Source: an uncultured Verrucomicrobiota bacterium (lineage in GTDB: Bacteria; Verrucomicrobiota; Verrucomicrobiia; Limisphaerales; CAIMTB01). Taken from it: 64,000 bases of DNA. A program made the position numbers and the translations under genes. Location of the stretch: assembly GCA_964389135.1 (NCBI GenBank), contig CAYMDA010000004.1, forward strand, positions 72,832-136,831. The letters are read 5' to 3'. The notes under the pieces were generated by a model. That model did not search any database. It worked only from the letters and a program-made list of their open reading frames with translations, and was not told the origin of the DNA. The stretch's first letter is position 1. The number at the start of each line of letters is the position of its first letter. This document shows, in pieces, positions 55,465-64,000 of this stretch.

Positions 55465-57548
55465 GGCGGCATTTCCCCGCGGGGACCCTTGAGGTAGTGC
55501 TCGAACCAGCGGAGCATGCGCAGGTGGTAATCGTAGCGGGCGGCGGCCTTTCGATTCCCGTGGCCTTCGCCCGGGTAGAGCACGAGGCGCACGGGCGCGC
55601 GGCTGCGGAGCTTGAGATGCCGGTACATCTCCAGTGACTGGCCCGGATGAACGCGGGGATCGTCCGCGCCGTGCATGATCAGGAGAGGAGTCCGGCTGTT
55701 GCCCGCATGGAAGATGGGGCTGCGCTCGAGGACGAACTGCCAGTCTTCCCACGGCCTTTTCCGGGCGTGAACGAGGTATTCCTCGTCGGGGATGTCGGTC
55801 GTGCCGACCTTGGAGACCTTGTCGCTGATGCCGACGAACATGACGCCCGCGGCGAAGCGTTCCGAGAAACGGGTGGCGCACCATGCGGTCGCGTAACCTC
55901 CATAGGACCCGCCGGTCACCCCCACGCGGGCGCGGTCCACGAGGCCCACCCGGATGAGGTGATCGACGGCATCGAGCAGGTCATCGAACTCACGGCCCGC
56001 GGCGTCGGCCTGCCCCAGTTTCGAAAATGGAACTCCGCGTCCGGTGCTGCCGCGATAGTTGGGGTAGAAGACCGCGAACCCCCGCGCGGCCGCGACCTGT
56101 CCGGGCAGGGAGTACGTGGTGAGCCAGCCGTCGCTGACGTGGGATTCGGGTCCGCCATGAACCGAGAGGATGAGCGGATAGCGGGCGTTCTCGCGAAAAT
56201 CGAGGGGCCGGATCAGCACGCCCTCGATGTCCAGGCCGTCGCGTGCGCGGTAGCGGATGGTCTCCTGTTTCGCGAGCGGCAGTTCCGCGAGCCACGGATT
56301 GCTGTCCGTGCGGCGGGCGGGAGCCGCTTCACCGGGCCGGAAGGTGAAGAGCTCGGCGGGGTGGTCGGGGGCACTGGCGGTCAGGGCAATGGCCGAGCCG
56401 TCGTCGGGGAGGCTCATCCCGGTCAGGATGGGTCGGGCGGGCCCGTACAGGGTGGTGAAGTCGGATCCCGTGGCGGCGGTGCGAACCCTGCCGAGCAGGG
56501 TGAGCGTTCCGCGGGCCGCGATGAACGTGATTTCCCCTGCGGCGTTCCACTCGGCGCTGGAGATCTCGCCTTCGAAGCCCGGGAGAAGGATTCGGGGGCG
56601 GCCTCCTGCCGCGTCCACGACCATGAGGCGGCCGGGGGAGGGATCATGCTGATCCTCGCCTGCGATGAGCGCGAGCTGGCGTCCGTCGGGGCTCCAGATC
56701 ACGTCCCCGAGCTTCGCGGCATGATCGACCCGGCCGCGCACCGTGGCATTCGTGGTCGCGTCGAGGACGAGCACCTGCTGGCGCGTGAAACCGTCATCGA
56801 CGGAAGGGGTCGGGGTCACGGAAACCGCGAGGCGATTATCCACGGGGCTCCAGCGAACGAGGCGCGCCGAGCCGGTGAGGGAGACGGGAACCGGCGGTTC
56901 GGTTCCGAACGGGCGCCCCAGCCACAGGCGGGTGTAGCGCCAGTCCTCCTCATAGACCTTCTGGCGAAAGCCCTTCTCGGAGAGGCCCTTTCGATCGGGG
57001 TTCTCGGGTTCCTCGGCGAGAACGGCCGCGCGGGAGCCATCGGGCGACAGGCTGAACTCGCTGATGTCGGACTCGACGGAGAGCGCCTTGCGGGCCTCGC
57101 CTCCGTCGATCGGGATCATGTAAACGGCGGTGAACTTGTCGTCACCGCGCCTGGCGAGGAAGGCGATGGACCGGGAGTCGCGCGTCCACTGGAGGGCGCG
57201 AACGTTGACCTTGCCGGTGATGAAGGGGCGCGGGTCCGCGGCGTCCGACGAGAGCACCCAGAGTTCGGACCATGGGGCGCCGTCCTCGTCGGTGCCGGGG
57301 ATGCGGGGCACGCTGCGCGTGAAGGCGATGTGGCGACCGTCCGGGGAAATGACGGCTTCGCTGACCGACTGGAGCCTGGCGACGTGGAGCGGCTGGAGGC
57401 CGCCGGCATTGCCGGAGGAATCCGCCGCGAGGATGCCCGAGGGGAGCATCGTGGCGCACAACAGGACGGCAAGAAGGCCCCGGGCGCGTGCAGCGCCGCG
57501 TTCAGCCCGGAAGATGCGGAGGAGGAGGCGAGGCATGCTCGAGGGCAT
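55422..57548 (-). CDS. S9-family serine peptidase (prolyl oligopeptidase/acylaminoacyl-peptidase type), exported
   Basis: Signal ..LLAVLLCATMLPSGILAA, N-terminal beta-propeller (..ISPDGRHIAF..WSPDGRQLALI..), catalytic domain ..VGVTGGSYGGYATAW.. (GxSxGG), ..LLIMHGADDPRV.., ..YPGEGHG... Confidence 0.85.
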   Translation of the reverse strand: MPSSMPRLLLRIFRAERGAARARGLLAVLLCATMLPSGILAADSSGNAGGLQPLHVARLQSVSEAVISPDGRHIAFTRSVPRIPGTDEDGAPWSELWVLSSDAADPRPFITGKVNVRALQWTRDSRSIAFLARRGDDKFTAVYMIPIDGGEARKALSVESDISEFSLSPDGSRAAVLAEEPENPDRKGLSEKGFRQKVYEEDWRYTRLWLGRPFGTEPPVPVSLTGSARLVRWSPVDNRLAVSVTPTPSVDDGFTRQQVLVLDATTNATVRGRVDHAAKLGDVIWSPDGRQLALIAGEDQHDPSPGRLMVVDAAGGRPRILLPGFEGEISSAEWNAAGEITFIAARGTLTLLGRVRTAATGSDFTTLYGPARPILTGMSLPDDGSAIALTASAPDHPAELFTFRPGEAAPARRTDSNPWLAELPLAKQETIRYRARDGLDIEGVLIRPLDFRENARYPLILSVHGGPESHVSDGWLTTYSLPGQVAAARGFAVFYPNYRGSTGRGVPFSKLGQADAAGREFDDLLDAVDHLIRVGLVDRARVGVTGGSYGGYATAWCATRFSERFAAGVMFVGISDKVSKVGTTDIPDEEYLVHARKRPWEDWQFVLERSPIFHAGNSRTPLLIMHGADDPRVHPGQSLEMYRHLKLRSRAPVRLVLYPGEGHGNRKAAARYDYHLRMLRWFEHYLKGPRGEMPPYELEYNLPDDDDH

Positions 57549-57792
57549 GGCGGCAGGTTGGCAGAACCGCTTGGCTCCCGCCAAGTCGCGCCGCGGGCAA
57601 AGGGACGGAAGACCCCCAATTCGCGTCCGTGCGATCCGGCGGGCCGATCCGACGGCCGGTTCGCGGACCCGCAGGCCGGTTGGGGGGTGCCGCCGCCTTG
57701 CGCAACCGCGGCCCGGGTCGGGCATGGCGTGGCGCTCTGCTTGGTCTTTGCAAGCGCGAGGTGCCCTGATTAAGTTGCCGTTCTTTGGATCG

Positions 57793-59157
57793 ATGCCGAG
57801 CGTCTTCATCAAGACTTACGGATGCCAGATGAACGAACGGGACAGCGAGGCGGTGCTGGCCCAGCTCGCGGCGCGCGGCTACACCGTCGCGGAATCCGAA
57901 GCCTCTGCGGACGTTGTCCTGCTCAACACCTGCAGCGTCCGTGACCTCGCGGAGCAGAAGGCGATCGGCAAGATGCAGGCGCTCGCCGGACATGCGCGCA
58001 AACACCGCACCGGCACGGTGTTCGGCTATCTCGGCTGCATGGCGCAGAGCCGGGGTGAGGAGTTGCTGTCGCCGGAGGTCCGGCTCGTTCTCGGGACACA
58101 GAAGATTCACCGGACGGGCGAGTATCTCGACGAGCTGCTGGCGGGGCGCAGGGCCTCCGTGGTGGATACCGGCGAGGAGGCCGGAAGCGAATCAAGGGTT
58201 GGCGAACACGCCGTCGGCGGGTTGCATCCGCCGGCGGTGAAGGCGTTTGTGAGCATCATGCAGGGCTGCAACCAGCACTGCACGTTCTGCATCGTGCCCT
58301 TCACGCGGGGCCGCGAGCGAAGCCGGCCCATCGGGGAGATCGTGGCGGAATGCCGGGAATTGGCGGAGCGCGGCGTAAGGGAGATCACGCTGCTCGGCCA
58401 GATCGTGACGAGCTACGGGCGCCGGACGATTCCGGCGAAGGACGGCCGGTCAGCCTTCGTGCAGCTCCTTGAGGCCGTCCATGCGATCGAGGGCGTCGAG
58501 CGCATCCGGTTCACGTCGCCGCATCCGAAGGGCTACGGGGACGACCTCGTGGATGCGTACCGGCGGTTGCCGAAGCTGTGCCCGCACGCGCATCTCCCCC
58601 TGCAGAGCGGGAGCGACCGGATCCTGAAGGCGATGCACCGGGGGTACACCCGCGAGCGATTCCTCGAGATCGTGAGGAAGTTGCGATCGGCGCGTCCGGA
58701 CATCGGGCTCGGCACGGACATCATCGTGGGATTCCCGGGCGAGACCGAGGAGGACTTCGCCCAGACCATGGAGACGGTGCGGGAGGCCGATTTCGATCAG
58801 GCGTTCATTTTCAAGTATTCGCCCCGGAGGGACACGCCGGCCGCGACCATGCCGGACCAGGTGCCGATGGAAGTCCGCGAGGAACGCAACCAGCGGCTGC
58901 TGGAGCTGATGAACGAGATCGGCGCGCGCAAGTACGCGGCGCTGGTGGGCCGGACGGTGGAGGTCCTCGTGGAGGGCCCGAGCCATCGGAATCCGGCCCG
59001 GCTCGAGGGGCGGACGGGGTGCAACAAGATTGTCGTGTTCGAGGGGTCGGACCGGCATGTCGGGCAGCGGTTGAACGTGCGGATCCGGCGCTGCGGATCG
59101 TTCACGTTGTACGGTGAACCGGTGCTCGTCGGGCTCGAGAACGACGAGGAGGACTGA
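57793..59157 (+). CDS. miaB: tRNA-2-methylthio-N6-dimethylallyladenosine synthase
   Basis: MPSVFIKTYGCQMNERDSE (UPF0004 domain), radical-SAM ..MQGCNQHCTFCIVP.. (CxxxCxxC), C-terminal TRAM (..RTVEVLVEG..GRTGCNKIVVFEG..). Confidence 0.9.
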   Translation: MPSVFIKTYGCQMNERDSEAVLAQLAARGYTVAESEASADVVLLNTCSVRDLAEQKAIGKMQALAGHARKHRTGTVFGYLGCMAQSRGEELLSPEVRLVLGTQKIHRTGEYLDELLAGRRASVVDTGEEAGSESRVGEHAVGGLHPPAVKAFVSIMQGCNQHCTFCIVPFTRGRERSRPIGEIVAECRELAERGVREITLLGQIVTSYGRRTIPAKDGRSAFVQLLEAVHAIEGVERIRFTSPHPKGYGDDLVDAYRRLPKLCPHAHLPLQSGSDRILKAMHRGYTRERFLEIVRKLRSARPDIGLGTDIIVGFPGETEEDFAQTMETVREADFDQAFIFKYSPRRDTPAATMPDQVPMEVREERNQRLLELMNEIGARKYAALVGRTVEVLVEGPSHRNPARLEGRTGCNKIVVFEGSDRHVGQRLNVRIRRCGSFTLYGEPVLVGLENDEED

Positions 59158-59161
59158 TTTC

Positions 59162-59722
59162 GTGAGCTTGTCGATCCTTTCGGTGGTGCTCGGGCTGGCG
59201 CTGGCGCTGGTCCAGTTGTGGCAGCTTCTGCAGCCGGACGCGTGGCGCCGGTGGTCCACGGCCTTTCCCCGTTCGAGGTCGCTGGGCTACGTGCTCGTTC
59301 TCGGCGCCACGGCGTGGTTTCTCTGGAACGTGAAGAACGAAACCCTCGCGGACTTCACGAAGTTCAAGCCGTTCCTCCTGGCGGGCTTTGCCGCGATCGG
59401 TGTGCTCACGTGCATCTACGTGACCGATTTCCTCGCCGCGCGGGGGTTTGCGCTGGTGCTGCTTCTCGTGGCGAAGCTGATGGTCGACGTGGCGCGATGG
59501 CATGAGTCGGAGTGGCGCTGGATGATCACGGGGCTGGCGTACGTTTGGGTGATTGCCGGCATTTGGTTCACGATTTCCCCCTGGAGGCTTCGCGATTTGC
59601 TCGCGTGGGAGAACGCGAGTGATCGCAGGCTCCGGGCCCTGGCGGTCTCGCGACTCGCCTATGCGCTGATGCTCGTCGTGCTGGGGCTGACCGTGTTCCC
59701 GTCCGACGGGGGTGGCGCGTGA
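59162..59722 (+). CDS. Hypothetical polytopic membrane protein
   Basis: (GTG)SLSILSVVLGLALALVQLW.. has 5-6 hydrophobic spans. It begins 5 nt after the miaB stop. No family recognised. Confidence 0.5.
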   Translation: MSLSILSVVLGLALALVQLWQLLQPDAWRRWSTAFPRSRSLGYVLVLGATAWFLWNVKNETLADFTKFKPFLLAGFAAIGVLTCIYVTDFLAARGFALVLLLVAKLMVDVARWHESEWRWMITGLAYVWVIAGIWFTISPWRLRDLLAWENASDRRLRALAVSRLAYALMLVVLGLTVFPSDGGGA

Positions 59723-59738
59723 GCAGGGGAAATTGAAA

Positions 59739-59762
59739 GGGGCGCGCCGTGAAGCGCGCCCC
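59739..59762. terminator. GC hairpin between convergent genes
   Basis: GGGGCGCGC-cgtgaa-GCGCGCCCC forms a 9-bp perfect stem between stops at 59722 (+) and 59800 (-). Confidence 0.45.
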
Positions 59763-59799
59763 GTGCGGGCCTGGCGAGGACTCGCCGCGGCTGGACGAG

Positions 59800-60489
59800 T
59801 CAGGACAGCTTCTTCCGGGCCTCCTCGGGAACTTCGACGGTGGTGGACCCGATGTCCTTGATCTCGACCGTGGTGGTGCGGTCGATGTCACGGTCGTTGC
59901 CGCCGAAGCTGACGGTTCCCTGGACGTTGTACTCGTACTTGGTCAGCACGCCGTCCTTGACCCAGAATTTCACGGTGCCCCTGGGGTTGGAGGCCCTGAA
60001 GTTGCCACCGCGGAATCCGAGCAGCGAATTGACGCCTTCCTCGGTAAGGTCGCCGCTGTAAACACCGTCGGTCACCTTGAGGTTCCGGACGTGGTCGATC
60101 AGCTCGGCGACCTGCTGGTCCGGGGCCTTGAAGTTCTGGATCCACCGGCCCCGGAAGCCGCGACCGCGTCCGCCGTCGCCGGAGGCTTCCTCGGCCGACT
60201 GCCAGCCCGTGTCGGTCTTGATCGCGGCCTTGGAACCATGGACGAGGCCCTCGAAGGAATTCTCCCCGCGCGCCATCTTCACATGGACCACGCCGTCCTT
60301 TCCGACCTTGCCCTCGGTCGGTCCGAAGAATCCTCGCCCGCCTTGTGCGGAGTCGGTCTCGGACGTCCAGGAGTACCCGCCGGCATCGGACAGCTTCTTC
60401 ACGGCGGCCTTCAGGTCGTCGGCAGACGCGGCATGGGCGGAAGCAATGGATCCGGCGAGGAGCAGGATGAGGGAAGCGTAGGCTTTCAT
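59800..60489 (-). CDS. Secreted hypothetical protein
   Basis: Signal MKAYASLILLLAGSIASAHA, then beta-rich sequence with a GDGGRGRGFRGR insert. No family recognised. Confidence 0.55.
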   Translation of the reverse strand: MKAYASLILLLAGSIASAHAASADDLKAAVKKLSDAGGYSWTSETDSAQGGRGFFGPTEGKVGKDGVVHVKMARGENSFEGLVHGSKAAIKTDTGWQSAEEASGDGGRGRGFRGRWIQNFKAPDQQVAELIDHVRNLKVTDGVYSGDLTEEGVNSLLGFRGGNFRASNPRGTVKFWVKDGVLTKYEYNVQGTVSFGGNDRDIDRTTTVEIKDIGSTTVEVPEEARKKLS

Positions 60490-60646
60490 GGGTTTTGCGG
60501 TTGAGACAGGCCGGCATCGGCCGGCCTGGATTGTGGATCGCGAGGGGAGACGGATCGTCGCTTCCGAAGGTTACAGGAAAATCGCCCGCCGGCGCGGGCG
60601 GGGCGGTCCGTAACCTGCACGGTCGCGCCAGCGTCTGAGAGCGGGC

Positions 60647-62281
60647 ATGAGGTTCCAAACTCCTTGGCTGGTCGCGGCCGTGGCACTGGCACTGGCCATG
60701 GGCGCCCTTGCTCAACCCGACGCGCCCCGCGGGGAAAGGCCGGGCGGCCCCGGGCCGGGACCGCGCCCGTTCGAGGGACCCGGTTTCGGCGGACCGGGAT
60801 TCGGCGGGCCGCCGCCGGGGTTTGGTCCTCCCGGCGGCCAGAAGGAGCGAAAGCTGGTCGCCACATTCGATCGGAACGACAATGGACGGCTCGATCTCGA
60901 GGAGCGAAAGGCAGCACGGGAGCTGCTGGAGAAGGAGCGCTCGGAGGATCCCCGTCCCCGGTTCGGTCCGCGGCGGCGCGGCCCGGCGGAGGGCGCGCCC
61001 GCCCAGCCCGGGGCGCGGATTTCACCGGACCAGGTCCCGCACTATCCATCGCGGCCCCTCTATGATCCGGAGGTGGTTCGCACGATCTTCCTCCAGTTCG
61101 AGACCGACGACTGGGAGGACGAGCTGTCGGACTTCTACAACACGGACGTGGAGGTCCCGGCGACCATGACCGTGGACGGCAGGGAGTACCCCATGGTCGG
61201 CGTGCACTTCCGCGGCGCGTCGTCCTTCTTCACGGTGGGGGAGGGCCGGAAGCGCTCGCTGAATCTCTCCGTGGACTTCGTGTACCGCGACCAGCGGCTG
61301 TACGGGCACCGCACGCTGAACCTCCTCAACTCCCACACCGATCCGACATTCCTCCGCACGGTTCTCTACAGTCATATCGCGCGGGAATACATCCCCGCGC
61401 CGCGGGCGAACCACGTGCACGTGGTCATCAACGGGGAGAGCTGGGGCGTCTACGTGAATGCCGAGCAGTTCAACACGGACTTCACGAGCCACTGGTTCGG
61501 CAGTCGCGAGGGCGGGAGGTGGAAGGTGCCGGGCAGTCCCCGCGGCCATGGCGGTCTCGAGTACCTCGGACCCGATCCGGAGCCCTACAAGGAGATCTAT
61601 GACATCCGGAGCAAGAAGTCGGACGCGTCATGGCGGGCGCTGATCGACCTGTGCCGGACGCTGAACCAGACGCCGACCGATCAGCTCGCGGCCGCGCTTG
61701 CGCCGATGCTCGACCTGGACGGAACGCTGAAATTCCTCGCGCTTGAGAACGCCCTGATCAACTGCGACGGCTACTGGATCCGGGCGAGCGATTACAACCT
61801 CTACCGCGATCCGAAGGGCGTGTTTCATCTGATTCCGCACGACATGAACGAGACGTTCCGAGCCGCCGAAGGCCCGGGCATGCGGCGCAGGCCGGGTGCC
61901 GGCGGAGGCGGGGTGGATCTGGATCCGCTCACCGGCGCGGACAATCCCCAGCGCCCGCTGCTGCACCGACTGCTGGCGGTGCCCGAGCTGCGCGAGAAGT
62001 ACCTCGGCTACGTGCGTGAGATCGCGGAGCGGTGGCTCGACTGGAAGACGCTCGGCCCGATCGCGCAGGAGTACCAGGCGCGCATCGCCGACCTGGTGAA
62101 GGCCGACACCCGCAAGCTATACTCCTACGAGGCGTTCGAGCGGGGGCTCACCGAGGACGTGCGGGAAGGCGGTTTCCGCGGTCCGCGCGTGACCCTGAGC
62201 ATCAAGGGTTTCGCCGATGCGCGCAGGCAGTTTCTGCTCGATTCCCTCGCGAAGGCGCCGCAGCCAGGAAACGAAAACTGA
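60647..62281 (+). CDS. CotH-family protein kinase-like protein with N-terminal EF-hand-like loop, exported
   Basis: Signal MRFQTPWLVAAVALALAMGALA, a Gly/Pro-rich stretch, DRNDNGRLDLEE (canonical 12-residue EF-hand loop), then the CotH body (..MTVDGREYPMVGVHFRGASS..NLLNSHTDPTFLRTVLYSHIAR..VVINGESWGVYVNAEQF..YNLYRDPKGVFHLIPHDMNETF..). Confidence 0.8.
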   Translation: MRFQTPWLVAAVALALAMGALAQPDAPRGERPGGPGPGPRPFEGPGFGGPGFGGPPPGFGPPGGQKERKLVATFDRNDNGRLDLEERKAARELLEKERSEDPRPRFGPRRRGPAEGAPAQPGARISPDQVPHYPSRPLYDPEVVRTIFLQFETDDWEDELSDFYNTDVEVPATMTVDGREYPMVGVHFRGASSFFTVGEGRKRSLNLSVDFVYRDQRLYGHRTLNLLNSHTDPTFLRTVLYSHIAREYIPAPRANHVHVVINGESWGVYVNAEQFNTDFTSHWFGSREGGRWKVPGSPRGHGGLEYLGPDPEPYKEIYDIRSKKSDASWRALIDLCRTLNQTPTDQLAAALAPMLDLDGTLKFLALENALINCDGYWIRASDYNLYRDPKGVFHLIPHDMNETFRAAEGPGMRRRPGAGGGGVDLDPLTGADNPQRPLLHRLLAVPELREKYLGYVREIAERWLDWKTLGPIAQEYQARIADLVKADTRKLYSYEAFERGLTEDVREGGFRGPRVTLSIKGFADARRQFLLDSLAKAPQPGNEN

Positions 62282-62309
62282 TGCGGTGGCCGCCGGGGGA
62301 TGAGGCAGC

Positions 62310-62354
62310 GGACGGGTCGCGTGACGCGGTAGTGTTTCTGCACGCGACCCGTCC
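62310..62354. terminator. Long perfect hairpin between convergent genes (putative bidirectional terminator)
   Basis: GGACGGGTCGCGTG-(17 nt)-CACGCGACCCGTCC forms a 14-bp perfect stem between the CotH stop (62281) and the mdh stop (62390). Confidence 0.55.
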
Positions 62355-62389
62355 AGATGTTTCGTCCTACGGGGGAAGGGAGCCTCCGC

Positions 62390-63376
62390 TCAGGAAGGAA
62401 TGAGTTCCTTCACCATTTCGCGCTCTTCCTTCAGCTCGTTGACGCTGGCGTCGATTTTCTGGCGCGCGAAGTCGTTGAGCGGAACGTCCCTGACGATTTC
62501 GAGGCGCCGTCCGTCGCTGCGGACGGGGAACGAGCAGATCAGGCCGGGCTCGATGCCGTAGCTGCCATCGGTGGCGACGCAGATGCTGGTCCAGTCATCC
62601 GCGGGAGTGGGGGTGCGCACCGATCGGACGGTATCCACGACGGCGTTGGCCGCGCTGGCGGCGGAGGAGGCCCCGCGCGCCTTGATGATGGCGGCGCCGC
62701 GCTGCTGGACCGTGGTGATGAACTCGCCGTGCAGCCACTCGTGATGCCCGATAACCTCCGTGACCGGCTTGCCGTGGATCCGCGCGTTGGTGAAGTCCGG
62801 GAACATGGTGGAGCTGTGGTTGCCCCACACCGCGAGGTTGGTGACGGCTGTGACATCCACACTCGCCTTGCGTGCGAGCTGGGTCCGGGCGCGGTTCTCG
62901 TCCAGCCGGGTCATCGCGAGCCAGCGATCCGCGGGAATGGCCGGGGCGTTCTTCATCGCGATGAGGCAGTTCGTGTTGCACGGATTGCCCACGACGAGGA
63001 TGCGGACGTCGCTGGCGGCGTTGCGCTGGATGGCCTGGCCCTGGCCGACGAAGATCTTGCCGTTGATCCCGAGGAGGTCCTTGCGCTCCATGCCCTGCTT
63101 GCGCGGCACCGAGCCCACGAGCAGCGCCCAGTTCACTCCCTTGAAGCCCTCGTTGAGGTCCGCCGTGGGAACCACGCCCTTCAGCAGCGGAAAGGCGCAG
63201 TCGTCGAGCTCCATGACGACCCCCTGCAGCGCGGGGAGAGCCGCCTCGATTTCGATGAGGTGAAGGATGACCGGCTGGTCCGGGCCGAACATGCCGCCGG
63301 AAGCGATGCGGAACAGGAGGGCGTAGCCGATCTGGCCGGCGGCGCCCGTGACGGCGACTCGAATGGGGGCGTTCAT
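62390..63376 (-). CDS. mdh: Malate dehydrogenase
   Basis: [27 protein letters not shown].. (Rossmann), ..[17 protein letters not shown].., ..TRLDENRA.., ..[12 protein letters not shown].. are canonical MDH motifs. Confidence 0.95.
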   Translation of the reverse strand: MNAPIRVAVTGAAGQIGYALLFRIASGGMFGPDQPVILHLIEIEAALPALQGVVMELDDCAFPLLKGVVPTADLNEGFKGVNWALLVGSVPRKQGMERKDLLGINGKIFVGQGQAIQRNAASDVRILVVGNPCNTNCLIAMKNAPAIPADRWLAMTRLDENRARTQLARKASVDVTAVTNLAVWGNHSSTMFPDFTNARIHGKPVTEVIGHHEWLHGEFITTVQQRGAAIIKARGASSAASAANAVVDTVRSVRTPTPADDWTSICVATDGSYGIEPGLICSFPVRSDGRRLEIVRDVPLNDFARQKIDASVNELKEEREMVKELIPS

Positions 63377-63526
63377 GAATGGTCAGTCAGTATCGTTCGA
63401 AGTGGAGTCAGGATGAGGAGGCGGGACCACGGGTGCAAGTTTGAGGGGGCGGTCCGCGCCCCGAAAATCCTGCGGAAGGCAGGAACTGCTTGCGGCGGCG
63501 TGACGGAGCCGAAGGATCGGACTTCC

Positions 63527-64000
63527 GTGAAGCCGCACATCGAAGGCGGAGGGCGGGGGGACTCCTGCCGACGAGGGCTCCGGGCGCCCCTCTGCGCCTG
63601 GCTGATCGCGGCCGTCATCATCCCGGCCGATGCGCCGGGGGCGGCGCTGGTCGTCATCTCGCCCCACAACGAGGCGATCCGCCACGAGTTCGGCCGCGGG
63701 TTCTCCGAGTGGCATCGGGCGCGCCACGGCGAAAAGGCCGGCATTGACTGGCGGGTGATCGGCGGCTCGTCCGAGTCGCTGAGGTTCGTCCAGTCGGAGT
63801 TCGCGCGGAAGCCGGACGGCATCGGTGTGGACGTGTTCTTCGGCGGCGGCCAGGAGCCGTACTACGAGCTGGCGGATCGTGGCTTTGCCGAACCATTCCG
63901 GCTGCCGGAGGAGATCCTCGCGGATCTTCCGGAGTCCGCTGCGGGCATCGAGCTGCGTGCCCCGGACCTCTCGTGGTACGGCGCGGCGATCTCGAGCTTC
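63527..64000 (+). CDS. ABC-transporter periplasmic substrate-binding protein (iron(III)/polyamine-type fold), N-terminal part; runs off the right edge
   Basis: Own translation from GTG 63527: VKPHIEGG..LCAWLIAAVIIPADAPGAALVVISPHNEAIRHEFGRGFSEWHRARHGEKAGIDWRVIGGSSESLRFVQSEF..VDVFFGGGQEPYYELADRGF... The pattern (..V.SPHNE..I..F...F) is typical of class II SBPs. The frame is open to the window end. Confidence 0.5.
   Translation, partial: MKPHIEGGGRGDSCRRGLRAPLCAWLIAAVIIPADAPGAALVVISPHNEAIRHEFGRGFSEWHRARHGEKAGIDWRVIGGSSESLRFVQSEFARKPDGIGVDVFFGGGQEPYYELADRGFAEPFRLPEEILADLPESAAGIELRAPDLSWYGAAISSF

Noticed and set aside
63377-63526. Riboswitch upstream of the ABC substrate-binding gene
   Set aside because: No TPP (CUGAGA), cobalamin (GCCACUG) or other signature boxes that I recognise. 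The 150-bp spacer is a normal divergent promoter region with mdh.
1-64000. tRNA, rRNA, tmRNA, RNase P or SRP RNA genes
   Set aside because: I scanned every gap over 120 bp by eye for cloverleaf-like acceptor/T-arm pairs and for conserved boxes (for example GAGGAAAGUCC, GGAAGCAGCC) and found none. A covariance-model scan would be needed to exclude them formally.

Overview
High-GC (roughly two-thirds G+C by eye) bacterial chromosomal window. I called about 55 protein genes. I recognised no rRNA, tRNA, CRISPR array, cas genes, prophage or known defence/toxin module. Gene content suggests a PVC/Verrucomicrobiota-like organism (inference only): a prepilin-type N-terminal protein with an NMLFGDGH C-terminus, many exported hydrolases, a COG1943-type Y1 transposase, and a VKOR-DsbA fusion. 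Most of the window is housekeeping:
- Translation and RNA modification: gltX, glnS, rpsB-tsf, miaB, an RluA-type pseudouridine synthase.
- Core functions: hflX, recA, secA, hemB, mdh, cysE, mqnA.
- Respiration: a complete caa3-type cytochrome c oxidase operon with fused subunits I+III and II+cytochrome c.
- Signalling: a PAS/GAF histidine kinase with a NarL-type response regulator.
- Envelope: a thiol-oxidoreductase pair (TlpA-like, and VKOR-DsbA-Ig-like).
- Others: several exported alpha/beta hydrolases and a CotH kinase.
Observations worth a second look:
1. A dense, single-orientation array of at least 7 copies of a GGTGACAGGCTC-core motif sits directly upstream of a RAYT/IS200-like HUH transposase gene (49.28-49.68 kb).
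2. Two genes that both lack their 5-prime halves abut head to head at about 13.80-13.84 kb. The second is also frameshifted.
3. A DedA-family gene appears to be a heavily frameshifted relic hidden inside one long open frame (40.76-41.35 kb).
4. A DUF2339 membrane-protein gene is split by a single frameshift near 43.83 kb.
5. An unusual VKOR + DsbA-like + Ig-like multidomain fusion.
I found no convincing candidate for a wholly new multi-gene system. The repeat array with its Y1 transposase is the least conventional element. All functional calls rest on motifs I recognise by eye in the supplied translations; no database search was possible.
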